A stretch of DNA of 63,166 nt, filler included, from Circinaria calcarea (Eukaryota), in the NCBI GenBank assembly GCA_051942165.1. It is 12 parts of 12 records of this genome, joined end to end, with 100 filler letters (N's around TTAATTAATTAA, not from the genome) between each part and the next. Parts side by side here need not be neighbours in the genome. Positions count along the whole stretch, not along the records: positions 36,943 to 42,110 come from JAVECS010002009.1; positions 42,211 to 47,376 come from JAVECS010002010.1; positions 47,477 to 52,642 come from JAVECS010002011.1; 9 more parts are not named here. The stretch is one strand, 5' to 3'. Both the position numbers and the translations under genes were made by a program. Below, one piece after another: positions 36,968 through 49,096 of the stretch. Below the pieces are notes generated by a model. The model was not told where the DNA came from, did not search any database, and saw only the letters and a program-made list of their open reading frames with translations. Numbering within the stretch: the first letter of the stretch is position 1; every line of letters starts with the position of its first letter.

Positions 36968-37831
36968 CTTATCTACCATCAGTCCACCTGCTACCGTCAT
37001 CGCACCAATGAGGGGCAATAATACAAGCAAGACTTTCCAAAACCTGGTGTGGTAGTCTGCAAAAGACTTGAGTTTGGCGTTCAGATACAAACTTAAAAAG
37101 ACCCCGACAGCGAATGCCATTCCTGAATGCCCACTTGGGAAGCTCTGCATGGCATGGATCATGGCATTTCTGTCGCCTATAGCCTGGCAATCCGCTGGCG
37201 TAGCAAAGACGCGATTGTAGGCTGTCATCCTTTCCGCAGCTGTATACTTTGACGGGTTGGATGTGGTCGCGTAGGTGGATCGTATGTGTTCGAGGTATCG
37301 GTTTAGGTTCCCGGTATCAGGATTGCACAATGTTAGGAAGTAGGGCCGGAAGCCACCAATGTATTGCTTGAGGATGAATTGGAAGAGCACCCTGAGAGTT
37401 TTAGTAAAAATATTCATCCCTCGGTCTATACACCTCATGGTTGAATAATCAGTGGAATAACTCAGTACGAACATCAAAGTCAAGGCTTTCAGCAGTCCCC
37501 AAATCGCTGCGTTCAGGTCCAGTATATTCCGTACCCATATCTGCATCAGTATCACCGTGCCAATTGGGACGGTACCAATGAGAAGCCCGCTTTTGACAAT
37601 ACCGAGGACGTATGGAATGTGGGGATATGAGTATCTGAGTTCTCCCTCCCAAAGTCCAGTCGAGTCATTATACCACATGGGAAAGACGCGTGTGTACATT
37701 CGAAAAGGTTTCCCCAAAGATATAACGTAGGCCAGGACACACGCGAAAGTGATGAAGAGCAAGTCGAGCCATATAAGTCGAATGTACCGAGCGATGTTCT
37801 GTCGCTTCGTCGAGCCATTGCGCGGATGCAT
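36968..37831 (-). CDS. PAP2-family lipid phosphate phosphatase (DPP1/LPP1-like), 3'-truncated
   Basis: KQYIGGFRP (C1), SFPSGHS (C2), LSLYLNAKLK, several TMs. In-frame intron 37392-37472; next donor GTAAGA near the contig edge. Confidence 0.88.
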
Positions 37832-40800
37832 CTGCTTTCTTGCAAAGTAATATTTTCTATGACACGGGTGGTGCGTATGAAAGCCCCAGTTTCTCTAGAA
37901 TAGATGGATGCTGAGAAAAGGTCAGATATGCAGCTGTTGAAGGAACACCTCCGTTACTTCTGAAATATGCGGTAAACGTCAGTGGCAATAGCTTCAGATC
38001 AATCATAGCAAGACCAATAAATGGAAAGTGCGAACGAATCTCAGTGACCGCTCTCAAAATGACTGTTCTGTTAGTCGCGCACTCAAAGTAGGGTTCATTC
38101 CAAAAAAACAACCAATCCAAGAACCGAAGGTTCTTTCTTCTGGCTTGCAATTGCCGCATCGTCCATATTCTATATGGTATACGTATGCAATACGTTGAGA
38201 AGGGTCAGCTCTGGATATGCATGGTGCGTATCTCAGGTCTTCATTCTGTGAAGGTTGTAGTACCTATGCCGGTGGTTTCCAGACCGATAGGTCAGCCATA
38301 CAAAATTGAGTCATAATCATTAGGTCGTAGCATCGGCAGCGTGTATGATACAATATGATTCTCCCTAGCTAAGCGTTCATCAAGTGGCCGATCAGCAAGA
38401 GCTCTGGATCATTCCGAATTTATCCAACACATTTACAGGCGTGAACAGCCCACAACTAGATCGAGGTCATAAGAAGCACTGTGCTGTTGGAGAAGTTGCG
38501 TCACTTAGTTGAGCCGATCAGCAAAGATGGTCAACTTCAAGCAGTGGAAATGAAAATAAGAGACGATGATGTCCCTGATGGAAACAGTTTCAGATTAAAT
38601 GTCTGATAAAGTACTTAGCATCACCACGGCTAATACCCTAAATCAGCTGCTTTCAGATCGAGACTCTCGTAGAGTCATCCTCGCCGGCTAAATAATAATA
38701 ATAATGTCGAAGACAAGATTGGAGCGCCGACTCAACGGAGACAGTTGTTTGCCTAGAAACGAGATAACAGGGGCTCAAAATACCAGGATGACCCGCTTCT
38801 CGAGGACGCCCACCCCTCGCAGTGTACAGCTGTGAGAAAACGGCTTGGGATGTGCTTTGAGAAACAATGTTGCAGCAGGAAATGGTCAAAGCGCAACTGT
38901 CACCTGCGCGCTTCCAAGCCAGTGCATGTCACGTTATGTAAATAGGTGTCCAATACCACTCACTGAAACTACAGTAACTTGATGGACAAGATAACACCGC
39001 AGCGCTAGACAGGCGGATACAAAGGATGTGAAGGAGGAGCCCTCTAGTTCCAGTTCCGGCGACCCGATTAGGGTATCATGGCTTCGTACAGCGCAGCTTG
39101 TGGTCTTTGTTCGAAGATTCTTGCCGCCGAGTAATTGCCGCAAGCGAGCAGACATGACAGTCCTCCGACTCGGAGCCATGCATGTCTCAGACGTCGCTTT
39201 CGGGGCCCAGGCAAACGAGTAAGAATGCCGAGATCCCCGGATGCCCGCTTTAGGCCGTTGGAGAGTGGCCTGGCCGTACCAAGGACGTGCGCTCGGCTCG
39301 AATTATGTTGTGGCGGTTCAAAGTGCGTCGGTTAGGTTGATGTGTGGCCTCGCACCGCTGCTACTCCGTATTCTCATTTGGATTCGTCGAAAATTCTCCG
39401 ATGCGATGCGATGCAGTAGATTATTGGAGCCGAGGGGCAAATGCAGGACGACGATCCTTAACATCCGAACTCCGAATTGCAAGCCCTTGCGCCCACGGCC
39501 ATGACCAAGTTTCATGGCCCCAGATTGGCTTTGGTAGTTACCGTCGTAAGCTGTAGATTCACTTTCTTAGAATAACCGCTGGGGAGGGCGGCAAGTGATG
39601 TGTTACCACCTGGGCAGAGGTGCTGAATGAAAGGCATCCGGTCAGAGCTTATCCGTATGTCAAGCTGGAAGCGTCCAAAAGTAGTACTAGGTTCATGCAT
39701 CCGCACTCAATTGACCGTGGGCCTTGTTTGCATACCTAAGGTACCCCAGGTCAATCAATCACACGCTTCTTCCCACCTAATTATCCTGTTCTTTCTGTTG
39801 CAGGAGGCTTGCAGCGTAGGGGGAAGCGTGATTGATTACTTTCGGACCGGATCATGTATTCCCCTAGAGCCTCGTCAGACTCCTCTCGAGTGAACTCTAA
39901 TTTCAGTGGCCGGCCTAAGGTATCACGGTATGTAGACGCGAGAGACGGCCCATGCCTTTCCAGATACTCCGTACGCCACCCTACTTTTGAGCTGATGGCG
40001 GACAGAATGATAGGTGGTTCAGCCGATCGAGGTCGATCATTCGCCCCCGCTCGCAGAGGAATCAGGCGGTAGCTTAGGTAGCTTAGCGAGGAAAGGTCCG
40101 AGCACCATGCTTGGAAAAGCGAGCTGATGTGTGTGTTTGTTGGATTGCCATCGTCGGTCTGATTCGATGGGATTTGGCTACAGCCGACAGTTTTGCGGAG
40201 AAACAGCGTGGGGAACGCTGTCTGACAGCGGGCTGGTACATGGTAATCCCTCTCCTATGCACTCCTTCGTGCGACACGTACATAATTGCCTTGGGTGGTC
40301 AATCCTCTTGCCACTGGGTTGATTGGCAGCACCAGCACACTCAACCGCACGATCCCGGTGGCTTCAAATGCGGACCATTCCAGTTTGGTCATCAGGGTTT
40401 GGGCAAACCATCGTTGTCCGCCGCCATCCCACCCTCGTAACTGCATGTAGCTAGAGGGAGAGCGCCCCTTCAGTCGCGGAAGGCGCTGCATGCGATGGAA
40501 AATTCAGGAATTGGCCAATCGACGAGTGCGAGAGGTGCGCCCATGAAGATGGAAGAAGCCGAGCAGCCAGTGAGCAGCTCGCAGAAACTGCCTTATCAGC
40601 CAAAGGAGCTGGAGTGTGCGGTAACGCCTTTTTCTGGTTGCAGTCCCAGTGCGTCGCAACCCAATCGTCAGGAATCAAAGCCGCTTGCGTTTCCAGCCAA
40701 GCTTTTTCTCCGCTCCTAATGTGTGAAATTGATTTGACCGGTTCCCTGTCAGTGATCGCCCTCGTCCCGCAATAGTTTCGAGCATATGGAACCAACTGCT

Positions 40801-42212
40801 CAACCTCCAAAATTCCACCGTCGGGGGGGTGAGGGTCCAACCCAGCCTATGGAGTAGTGCACTCTGTACGGAGTGCGAAAGGGACAAATCCATAAAGTGC
40901 GACGATGATCGAAAAGCAGGGAAAAGCTTCGATTAGCTTTCACCAGAGCCATCAGGCGATCGCTGATGCGTCTTTTTGTTGTGCGACCGTGGAATCAATG
41001 CCGGACGTTTGCTCAGAGGCCCAACGGAAGATCCGAGGGACCGAAGTGCGTGGTGCTTCGTAATTCCCTTTGCAGAACCTTTGTGCTTGCTGATTGGTCA
41101 AGGCGGAATGTTCCAGGTAATCCCTCACTCACCCTCATACGCCGGGGCCGTACCTTGACTCTATGGCTTTTCTCGGAGATATTCTCTGAAGCGGCGCCAA
41201 TATAATCTCGTAAGCTGCATTTGCCCCCTGGGGCCTGCCGGCTGGAATACCGACGCTCGAATGGGAAAATTTGGAAACTATACCAAAGGAGGGTGGAGGA
41301 TTGTGCTGGCATCTGCGGAATTGCCTCATCGTGTTACCTAGCCAGGTCGTACCCGTCGCCTGCTTCTCCAGTTTCCCTTCTCCACCATGATTGATGGGAA
41401 TCTGGGCAGAGGCGGTGGGCGGGCCAATCAGCAGGGCAATGTGCCTCGTGCCTTGCATAGAGCCAGTCCAGGCAGCCTTGGCCGATTCCGCTCCAGGCAT
41501 TCGTCGTCGTCGTCGTTGTGAAACCACTCAGCATGTGCCCAGCAGCAGAACGTGGGTCTGCTCCAACGCTTTCTTCCCAGATGGCTCAACGACGCAAAGC
41601 CCGCTCCAGAACCGACTCTGCGATAAATAAAATCATGTAGGGAGTAGGTATGCCCTCGGGAACTATGTTCGTTGCATCGCGATGCACTGCTTCCCACTTG
41701 ACACTTGCCCTAGACCGCATCGAGTCGCCCTTGTAGCAGAATCGCCAGGCTCTCTCTCCGGGCCTTTTTGGCCCGTGGGAAGTTGGGAAGCCGCCGTAGC
41801 CCTGGCAGAAATGGAGAAAACACGAAAGAGAACGCCAAACTTCCACATTTTGCATTTTGCCCCAACCCAATGCCACTACGGAGTACCTTAGCATACCCCA
41901 CGTCTCTCCTCCCCTTAGTCTTGCGAGCAGACGGGTCGACGAGGAATTTGATGCGATCACGCAAGGCCAAGCAATCGACATACATAAGAACACACTACGG
42001 TATCCTAACGATCCTTGTTGATTTGACCTGCAGGCTTCGTAAGCCCGACTCCCTCCCTTATTGTACTCCGTAGTCTACTGCGGACGGGGAGAGGGAGAGG
42101 GGAGAGGGAGNNNNNNNNNNNNNNNNNNNNNNNNNNNNNNNNNNNNNNNNNNNNTTAATTAATTAANNNNNNNNNNNNNNNNNNNNNNNNNNNNNNNNNN
42201 NNNNNNNNNNTT

Positions 42213-42623
42213 GGTACAGAGAGTACGGGCTACGGGGCGATTTTCGAAGGTAGCCTGTTTACTCCGTATGGTATGGAAACCGGATCGGAAAAAGGGGTTT
42301 CGGAAGGTTTTTTTTCTTCTTTTCACGATAACCGGTGATGTACATACAGGAGCAGAGGTAGAAGATCATCAAGTGAAAAAGGGGCGAGCCAAAAGTGGAT
42401 TATGGAGAGTAAAGAAATGGAGTGGACACGGATAAGAGGGGGTTTCGAAGCGGGTTTTGCTTTGCTCCGTAGGAGGAACGTGATGGAAAACGGAATGGAT
42501 AAGATTTTTTCCAAGGACAATGGAGATGAAAAACCATTGACGGATTTAGTAAAATTCAAAAGGCAAGGGGATGGAAAAATAAAACGTGCAAGGACAGAAA
42601 TCGGAGAAGTGGAACAAATGTAG
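42213..42623 (+). CDS. Possible 3' end of an unidentified gene
   Basis: A GTATGG..CATACAG splice joins an open frame at the contig edge to the 42402-42623 ORF frame. No recognised homology. Confidence 0.25.
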
Positions 42624-43060
42624 TCGATTGTTTCAAGGGAGATTTGGGATTACGGTTAGTGTCTTTGGAGTAATGGCATCTTGAATGTCCTTCAGTAGGG
42701 CTTTTTTTTTTTTTTAAAAAAAAAGCCCTGAAACTTGCAGTCAGAATATAGAAAGGATTTCAGCTGATTGAATAGATTAAGTTCCTTGCCGGCTTAGAGA
42801 TTACCTTCTGATTTGTCCGTTTGACCTACTGCCACTTTCAATGGCTACTTCAAAGAAGCGGAGGGCTTGTAACTCGATTTTGGGCTTGATTCGGGATTAA
42901 ATTCACCGTTACTTCTTAACCAATTCTTCTCTTATGGTTTTCACAACTACACCGGGGGGGGGGGCCTGCCTAGGGTCATGTAAAGATGAATAGGGTGTGA
43001 AGCAAGTGATGATCTCTATAAAGAAAAGTTCACGCTTGGGAGCCATTCGAAAAAAAGGGG

Positions 43061-44372
43061 CTAAACATGCTGAGAAAGGGTAATGTTAACATGTTTGGGG
43101 AGGGCGTTCAGTCCTATATTGCCCTCGGAATTAGCAGATACTCAAGTAATATGATGAACATGAGCATACCCGTAACCCTGTCGGCTCGCTTCCTGGTTTT
43201 CCTGTTACCACGAGTGGTAGGCGGATGCAATTCATATCGAGCCACGCCGCCAATTGATGGTTTCGATGGATTTTCAACGCATACATCAATGAGGGTCTCT
43301 AGAGCAGCTTTGACCTGTTCCCAGGTAAGAATAATAGCTGTGCTGGCGGCGATGACCACGTTGCAGGAATCTACCATTATGGTTCAGTAACGTAAATGGC
43401 TGAGAATAGGGTAGCCGGTGCCATGGGCTTATTTCACTTACTTAAAGAGAGAAGCTTATCGATACCGGGTCGTATTGATATTGTATCGGATGGGAAGCCA
43501 AGCTGAGAATAGGCTATTTGTATGCAGTCAATAGGTCGAGGAACTCCTAACTTTGAATCACACTCATATGTCATGGTATCTAAGCCTGGCGGATTGCGAG
43601 TCCACCTGTGATTACTACTGCGAGGGGTGTCCAATGCTGCCAGGGTTAGAGACTTCGCCAAGTTCTGATATTTTGACCTAACAGAGCTGCGTTCGGGCTC
43701 AGTCATGGCAGCTTGTTGGACAGCTCGGGCTAATTGGTGAGGGACTGCAGGATCATATTCTCCGGGGGATCGGATCTTCTCCCACGGTCCGGAGACAGTG
43801 ACAGTGATAAAGGCGTAGGCGGGTGCTCAACCACATTAGTAATATGTTAAGCGCAGCCTCGAGGTTCGATGTCGCTGCTGGATGCGGCAACTTACAGACA
43901 GGAGCATGGTGCCATGATGTAGGGTTAACCAGATATTGTGCAAGGAGTAAATCCCTATAGTTGGCTAGATTTCCTGTAACGAAACCCCCAAGTCGACCAG
44001 GCTTTCGTACACATTGTTCGAGAACCCAGTTTGCCATGCCACGTATAAAGTCCGGTGATATCCAAACGGTATCAGAACTGTCTTCGGCATCGGCTAATTC
44101 AACTGTAACCGTGCATGTGCCTGTGATTAGTCTCAGCATGAATACCAACTAGCCTATTGCTGTTACAAACCGAATACGACCTGCGAAGGGAAAACCCAAG
44201 GGTTTATAGCAGCCGAATCACCACGGACTCGGTACTCTCGGGGTGTAGCTCCTTGAGGAAGTCTTAATTCTGCAAGGCCACAGTCTATGGTGTCAAGATT
44301 GTGGCCATAATACGGATTGCAGAGGTGAAAATCCGGGTATGTAGGCTCAATACCAGAGATATATCTAGACAT
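43061..44372 (-). CDS. Hypothetical protein with two tandem Cys-patterned domains (KP4-like fold suspected), 4 introns
   Basis: Exons join to MSRYISG..CNPYYG..DCGLA..FG|TCTVTV..IRGMANWVLEQCV..GGFVT..|..MTYECDSKLG.P..DCIQI..|DSCNVVI..WEQVKAALETLIDVCV..GGVA..|GLNALPKHVNITLSQHV*. Confidence 0.7.
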
Positions 44373-45292
44373 GTTTGCTGTGGAATCAATAAGAATCCGC
44401 CGTTAATGGCCTATATAACCTCTGAGTAACTATCGTTATCTCTGAGCCGGAGTATATGCATTAGGGCGGCTGTCGGCTAAAGTCGAAGGAGAAAGGGTTT
44501 CAATATCTCCCCTGGTGTAACTGATGAAACCTTAGCTAAGCCAATAGCTCACTATATATGGCAGGGCTTGCAGTAAATCTGTAACTCGGATAGACATTAA
44601 CTGTATATTCCTGATGCTTTACACTCTGCTAAGCTCCGCAATGTGTCTGGAAGACTTCATGTTTCGACCAAAGCAACGTATGATGTCAGTAAAGATGGCA
44701 ATTCCAGGCTGATAGAGAAGATATTCTCCCGTGGTGAATAAGTCTCATTGGTCCACAAGTATGGAGTAAACACTATGGTCTTATAACTCGATGCTCGACT
44801 CACAGGTAATATGACATGGAATACGATAATACGAACGGAAAGCGTACTAAAGACCATAGGCCATCTCACGGCATGATGGTACGAGAAGAGGCAGAAGCCA
44901 TACTGATACCTCTGACCAGAACAAATCAACTGGCAATCCCTCTCTGTCCCTTTGCCGGCGCCGAGAGTACAAAACTTCGCTTCAGTCAGGGACGACAGTG
45001 ACATCCAGAACGAGCTAGGCTGCGCGGCCTACCAGATATTTACTGTCAATTTGCGATCATAACAGAAGATCCTTCGTGTCTTGATAACTGCTCGCTCCTA
45101 GCAGTTATACGGGTTAAGCAAGATCTACATATTCACGCCGGTGATCCAGCGGGATGACGTTGCAAGCACTCAATCTCAGGCGATCCACCTCACCAACGCC
45201 TCGCAAACACCGGGTCTATGAGTTTTAGTCGCACCGCTACCTCGACCAAACAACATCTGTGGGTCCTCGAATTTCTGGCTCTTGGGTCCGAA

Positions 45293-46463
45293 ATGGCCAT
45301 GACTGCCTCAGCAGCGTTGAAAGCCCGGGTCTGGCGTCCCTCATATCTCAAGAAACTGGCCAAGACCGAGGAAATGATTGGGCTGTTCCCCCACGGCGCC
45401 TATGTTGGCTGGTCTGGCTTCACTAGTGTTGGATATCCAAAGTGAGATCACCTTCGTAGACAAACTCAATTGGTGTAATGAGATACTGACTCGATTGCAG
45501 AAAGGTTCCTCCTGCTTTCGCCGACCATATGGAGAAGACAACCTTCAAGGAAAGCTGAAATTCTCGCTCTTCGTAGGAGCTTCATCCTGTGCGGAGACGG
45601 AGAATAGATGGGCGAAACTCGACATGATAGAGAGGCGTAGTCCTCATCAAGTCGGGAAAGAGACTGCAAGGGGTATCACTCCCAAAAACGTATTCTCGAC
45701 AGTGGTCTTGGATTGATGGCTTTACAGGCATCAGTGAGGGGAGGATCAAGTCCTTTGACAAGCATCTCAGCATGTTTCCGGTGGACCTAATGTACGGATA
45801 CTACACCAAGAATAGGCTAAACAATAGACTCGACATAGTGATTGTGAAGGCTTGTGCTATTACTGAAGATGGCGGGATTATACCTGGTGCGTCGGTGAAA
45901 GCAAGCCCGGAGCTGATACAGATGGCGTACAAGGTTGTGCAGCCTACGAAATTCCCAAGGGCTCTTTGAGGGAGGTTTTAGATCATCATTGAAGTCAATA
46001 CAGCTATGCCCTCCTTCGAGGGTCTCCACGAAATCACAATGACCGAGCTTTCACTGTGAAGAAAGCTGTATCTCATCATGGCGCCCGAGAATCGTATTGG
46101 CACTCCATATATACCGGTATATCCTAAGAAGATCGTCGCCGTGATTGAATCCGACTATGCCGATTAGACACAGCCCAGCACTCCCGAAGACGACACCTCA
46201 TGTGCCATTGCTGATAATCTTATTGAATTCCTAAAGCAGGAAGTTAACAGAGAAAAGCTCCCCGAGAATCTGTTACCTATCCAATCTGGCATCGGCAGTA
46301 TAGCCAGTGCAGTCATTGGAGGTTTGGCTCACGGCAATGATTTTACTCGACTCGAAATATGGACCGAAGTTCTTCAAGATTCTTTCTATGATCTCTTTGA
46401 CAGCGGTCATCTAGATTTCGCGACGGCTACATCGATACGTTTCTCTCCTGACGGATTTAAACG
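45293..46463 (+). pseudogene. ACH1: Acetyl-CoA hydrolase/CoA-transferase (ACH1) pseudogene, 3'-truncated
   Basis: [86 protein letters not shown]. Frameshift ~45538, TGA 46057, TAG 46165; homology stops abruptly ~46463. Confidence 0.92.
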
Positions 46464-46722
46464 CATTACTAGTGATGGTATCAGCAACGAACTTATTTCC
46501 CGTGGCAGTTGTATTTCGTGTACCTAGATTCTCCATTATATACGAATCCTTCGGGATCATTCTCCCTCTCTCTTCCATTATTGATGTGGTGGTGTTGAGA
46601 TGGACAGAATTACCATTGACACCGACCGCGAAGCACTAAAACGTGAATAGTATCACACCGGTGCAGGCGCTTTCTCCAATGGTTATACATGAACAAGAAA
46701 ATTACTGTTATCAGTTCTATTA

Positions 46723-46933
46723 CTACTGTCTTGCATTCGTCTTCACCAAGTCAGCAAGCGTATAAGCCCTGGCCTCCATCCACTTCCCCAAAACGTCCCA
46801 ACTGACGCATTCTCGCGGGACATCCGGTCGAGCGGCTACCTTGGGCCTCTCGATATGCTTCTAGTACAGCGAGTGTGGTGTAAAGTCTGGTGTACACAAG
46901 GGAAATATATGAATCGACTTCTAAGCAGTGATC
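46723..46933 (-). pseudogene. DUF3328/UstYa-like oxidase relic (last exon)
   Basis: Acceptor CTGCAG then DHCLE, +1 frameshift, SIHIFPLCTPDFTPHSLY*KHIERPKVAARPDVPRECVSWDVLGKWMEARAY..*. Matches the recalled DUF3328 tail pattern DHC.E.IR..LMC..D......W...........C..W..L..W...R. Confidence 0.65.
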
Positions 46934-47119
46934 TGCAGGGTACGTTGTTCCAATTTCTTGGTCTGTTGCATAGGTGGAAGGAAAGGCAGAAGCTGTTGGT
47001 CGACTAGGCGGATATATCTCTGAATTCACCAATGAGCAAGAGCGTTAGAGTTTGAGATGTTTATAGCGCTTTTTAGAGTCGTTGGTCATATGGTTTGATC
47101 TTTGCCGATGTGCGCAGAA

Positions 47120-47376
47120 CAACGGGCCCATCTGCATCTGGACCGAAGACTCGGCGTGGTTTACCGCGCCGGAAGTGGAAGGTGCGTTGAGGGAAGCCGG
47201 GTTCCAGCATGTGGCCAGCGAGGAGTTCCGGATGCCGTTTGCGTTTGAGGATGCGGCGTGGTTTCTGCGCTTCTGGTTTGAGGCGAAGAATGCGGTGCCC
47301 CATGGGTTGATGGCGGGGGGATTTGGACGCGGTGAAGGGGGGCGGTGGAGAGGATTGCGAGGGAGGAATATGAGGA
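47120..47376 (+). pseudogene. SAM-dependent methyltransferase C-terminal fragment, frameshifted
   Basis: WFTAPEVEGALREAGFQHV..RMPFAFED..FLRFWFEAKN, then GDLDAVKGAVERIAREEYE in a shifted frame. No upstream SAM-binding motif seen. Confidence 0.5.
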
Positions 47377-47476
47377 NNNNNNNNNNNNNNNNNNNNNNNN
47401 NNNNNNNNNNNNNNNNNNNNTTAATTAATTAANNNNNNNNNNNNNNNNNNNNNNNNNNNNNNNNNNNNNNNNNNNN

Positions 47477-49096
47477 CCCCCAAACCACGGAAACAACGCC
47501 TCCCGTCTCTCCTCCACCGACGGCATCTTATCCGCATCAATGTACGACACAAACAGCTCGTCACCCTTTTTAATCTTCCGCTTGGCACACAGGACCGCTT
47601 TCGTGCCGCCATCATTCCCTACGTCATAAAACAGCTGCGCGTCGCAGCTATGGTTGAAGAAACAATGCAGGGGGTTCACGGAGATGATATAGCGTTCCCC
47701 CGGCCGGTCACCCGATTGGATCTTATTGATGACCAGGCGGGTCCAAACAGTTCGGAGGACCCAGGTATCGAAGCGGGAGTCGGCAAAGGGGTCGACGCCG
47801 AGGTCTTGGAGGATGCGAATGGGGTTTTGAATGTCGGCAGCGAAGGTGAAATGTTCGCTGTGGTCGCCTTCGTAGTTTGCGGTTAATCGGGCGATGAGGG
47901 GATGGGCCAATGGGTGCATCCCGCTTTGGACGCAAATCGCCAGGACCCGTAGGAACAGGGTGACTTGTTGACCGATGTCATAGCGATCGGCCTCATACAC
48001 CCATGAAAAGTCTTTGCCACAGGTAACCTTGTGGTAGGCATTTTCTGCCGCGGTTCGGCACCGTAGGGAACAGTAGTTTGCGCTGCAAGTCGTACATGAG
48101 ATGCCGAGAGTTGCCATATCGCGACAACAGTTATGGCAAATTTTGGGGCCGACGACGCTGGTGGCCGTGACTACCGTGTGACTGACCAAGACGGTTTGAC
48201 CGCGCCTAATGTCTTGCGTTGCAAAGATACCAAGTACGTCAGACTCTCGGACCGCTTCACCACCATCAGAAGGAGTCCTGATGGTACTAACTCTTACTTC
48301 GGCGACGCCAGATGCCTCTCGAAACTCACTATTAAGGCTTGTGACTAAATCCTTGTTTCTCGTGAGCTGAGATGGTGATAGCCATGGCCAACATCTGACT
48401 GTGATGACGCCTGATTGAAGTATAAAGGTTCTTTTACCGGAGTCGCCTGAAAGTGATCGTACCTCGGGCATGAAGTCTCTCAATGCTCGGATTGACCGGC
48501 TCATGTACGTGCTCTCCAGCTCGGGGTTCCATATGCCGCAGATCGGGTATTTATTGACGGCATCGGCGCATATTTGTACCTGATCCCAAAGACATCTACA
48601 ATCACCCAGGCAGAAAACCAGCGATTTGTAAGCTTCACACTCGATATCTGCAAGGAACTTGTTCAGAATGGATTGGCAGTCCGCGGCAGTCAAGGTCTCC
48701 CAGGGAGCATCTTGCTTCAGCCATACCCACATACCAACTTCGAGCCTGACCAAGCTTCCCAAGGGTTTCAGGATGCCATCACAGTGTAGGACAGCTCTGC
48801 AGAGAAGAATCGCTTTGTAGAAGTCCCCGGCTGCCAGATCCAGGTATCCAAGTTCCCAAAGACGGCGGCCTCGCTCGGTCCATCTTGCCGGGTTATGGGG
48901 GAGATCACCAATGTCTCTTGTAGCAGCTTGGCACTCTCTCACACATTCATCCATAACCTGTTGGTATATGATTAGCGAGGAATGGATATTATACCCACGA
49001 ATAATCTACTCGCCTCATCTGTTGGCTTGCCTGTTATGTCCCATCGAGTGACATGCTCCACCGTAGGCTTCCATTTCCTCAGGTTCCACTCTCCAT
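47477..49096 (-). CDS. SMYD-type SET/MYND-domain protein (3'-truncated)
   Basis: TPR-like LGYLDLAAGDFYKA; LGIFATQDIRRGQTVL; CHNCC..CTTC..YCSLRC..YHKVTC; FFNHSCD..AKRKIKKGDELFVSYID..ERR. Short first exon from ATG 49096. Confidence 0.85.

Noticed and set aside
45084..45108. ATAACTGCT..AGCAGTTAT 9-bp hairpin as a Helitron 3' end
   Set aside because: AT-rich stem with no properly spaced CTRR terminus; insufficient alone.
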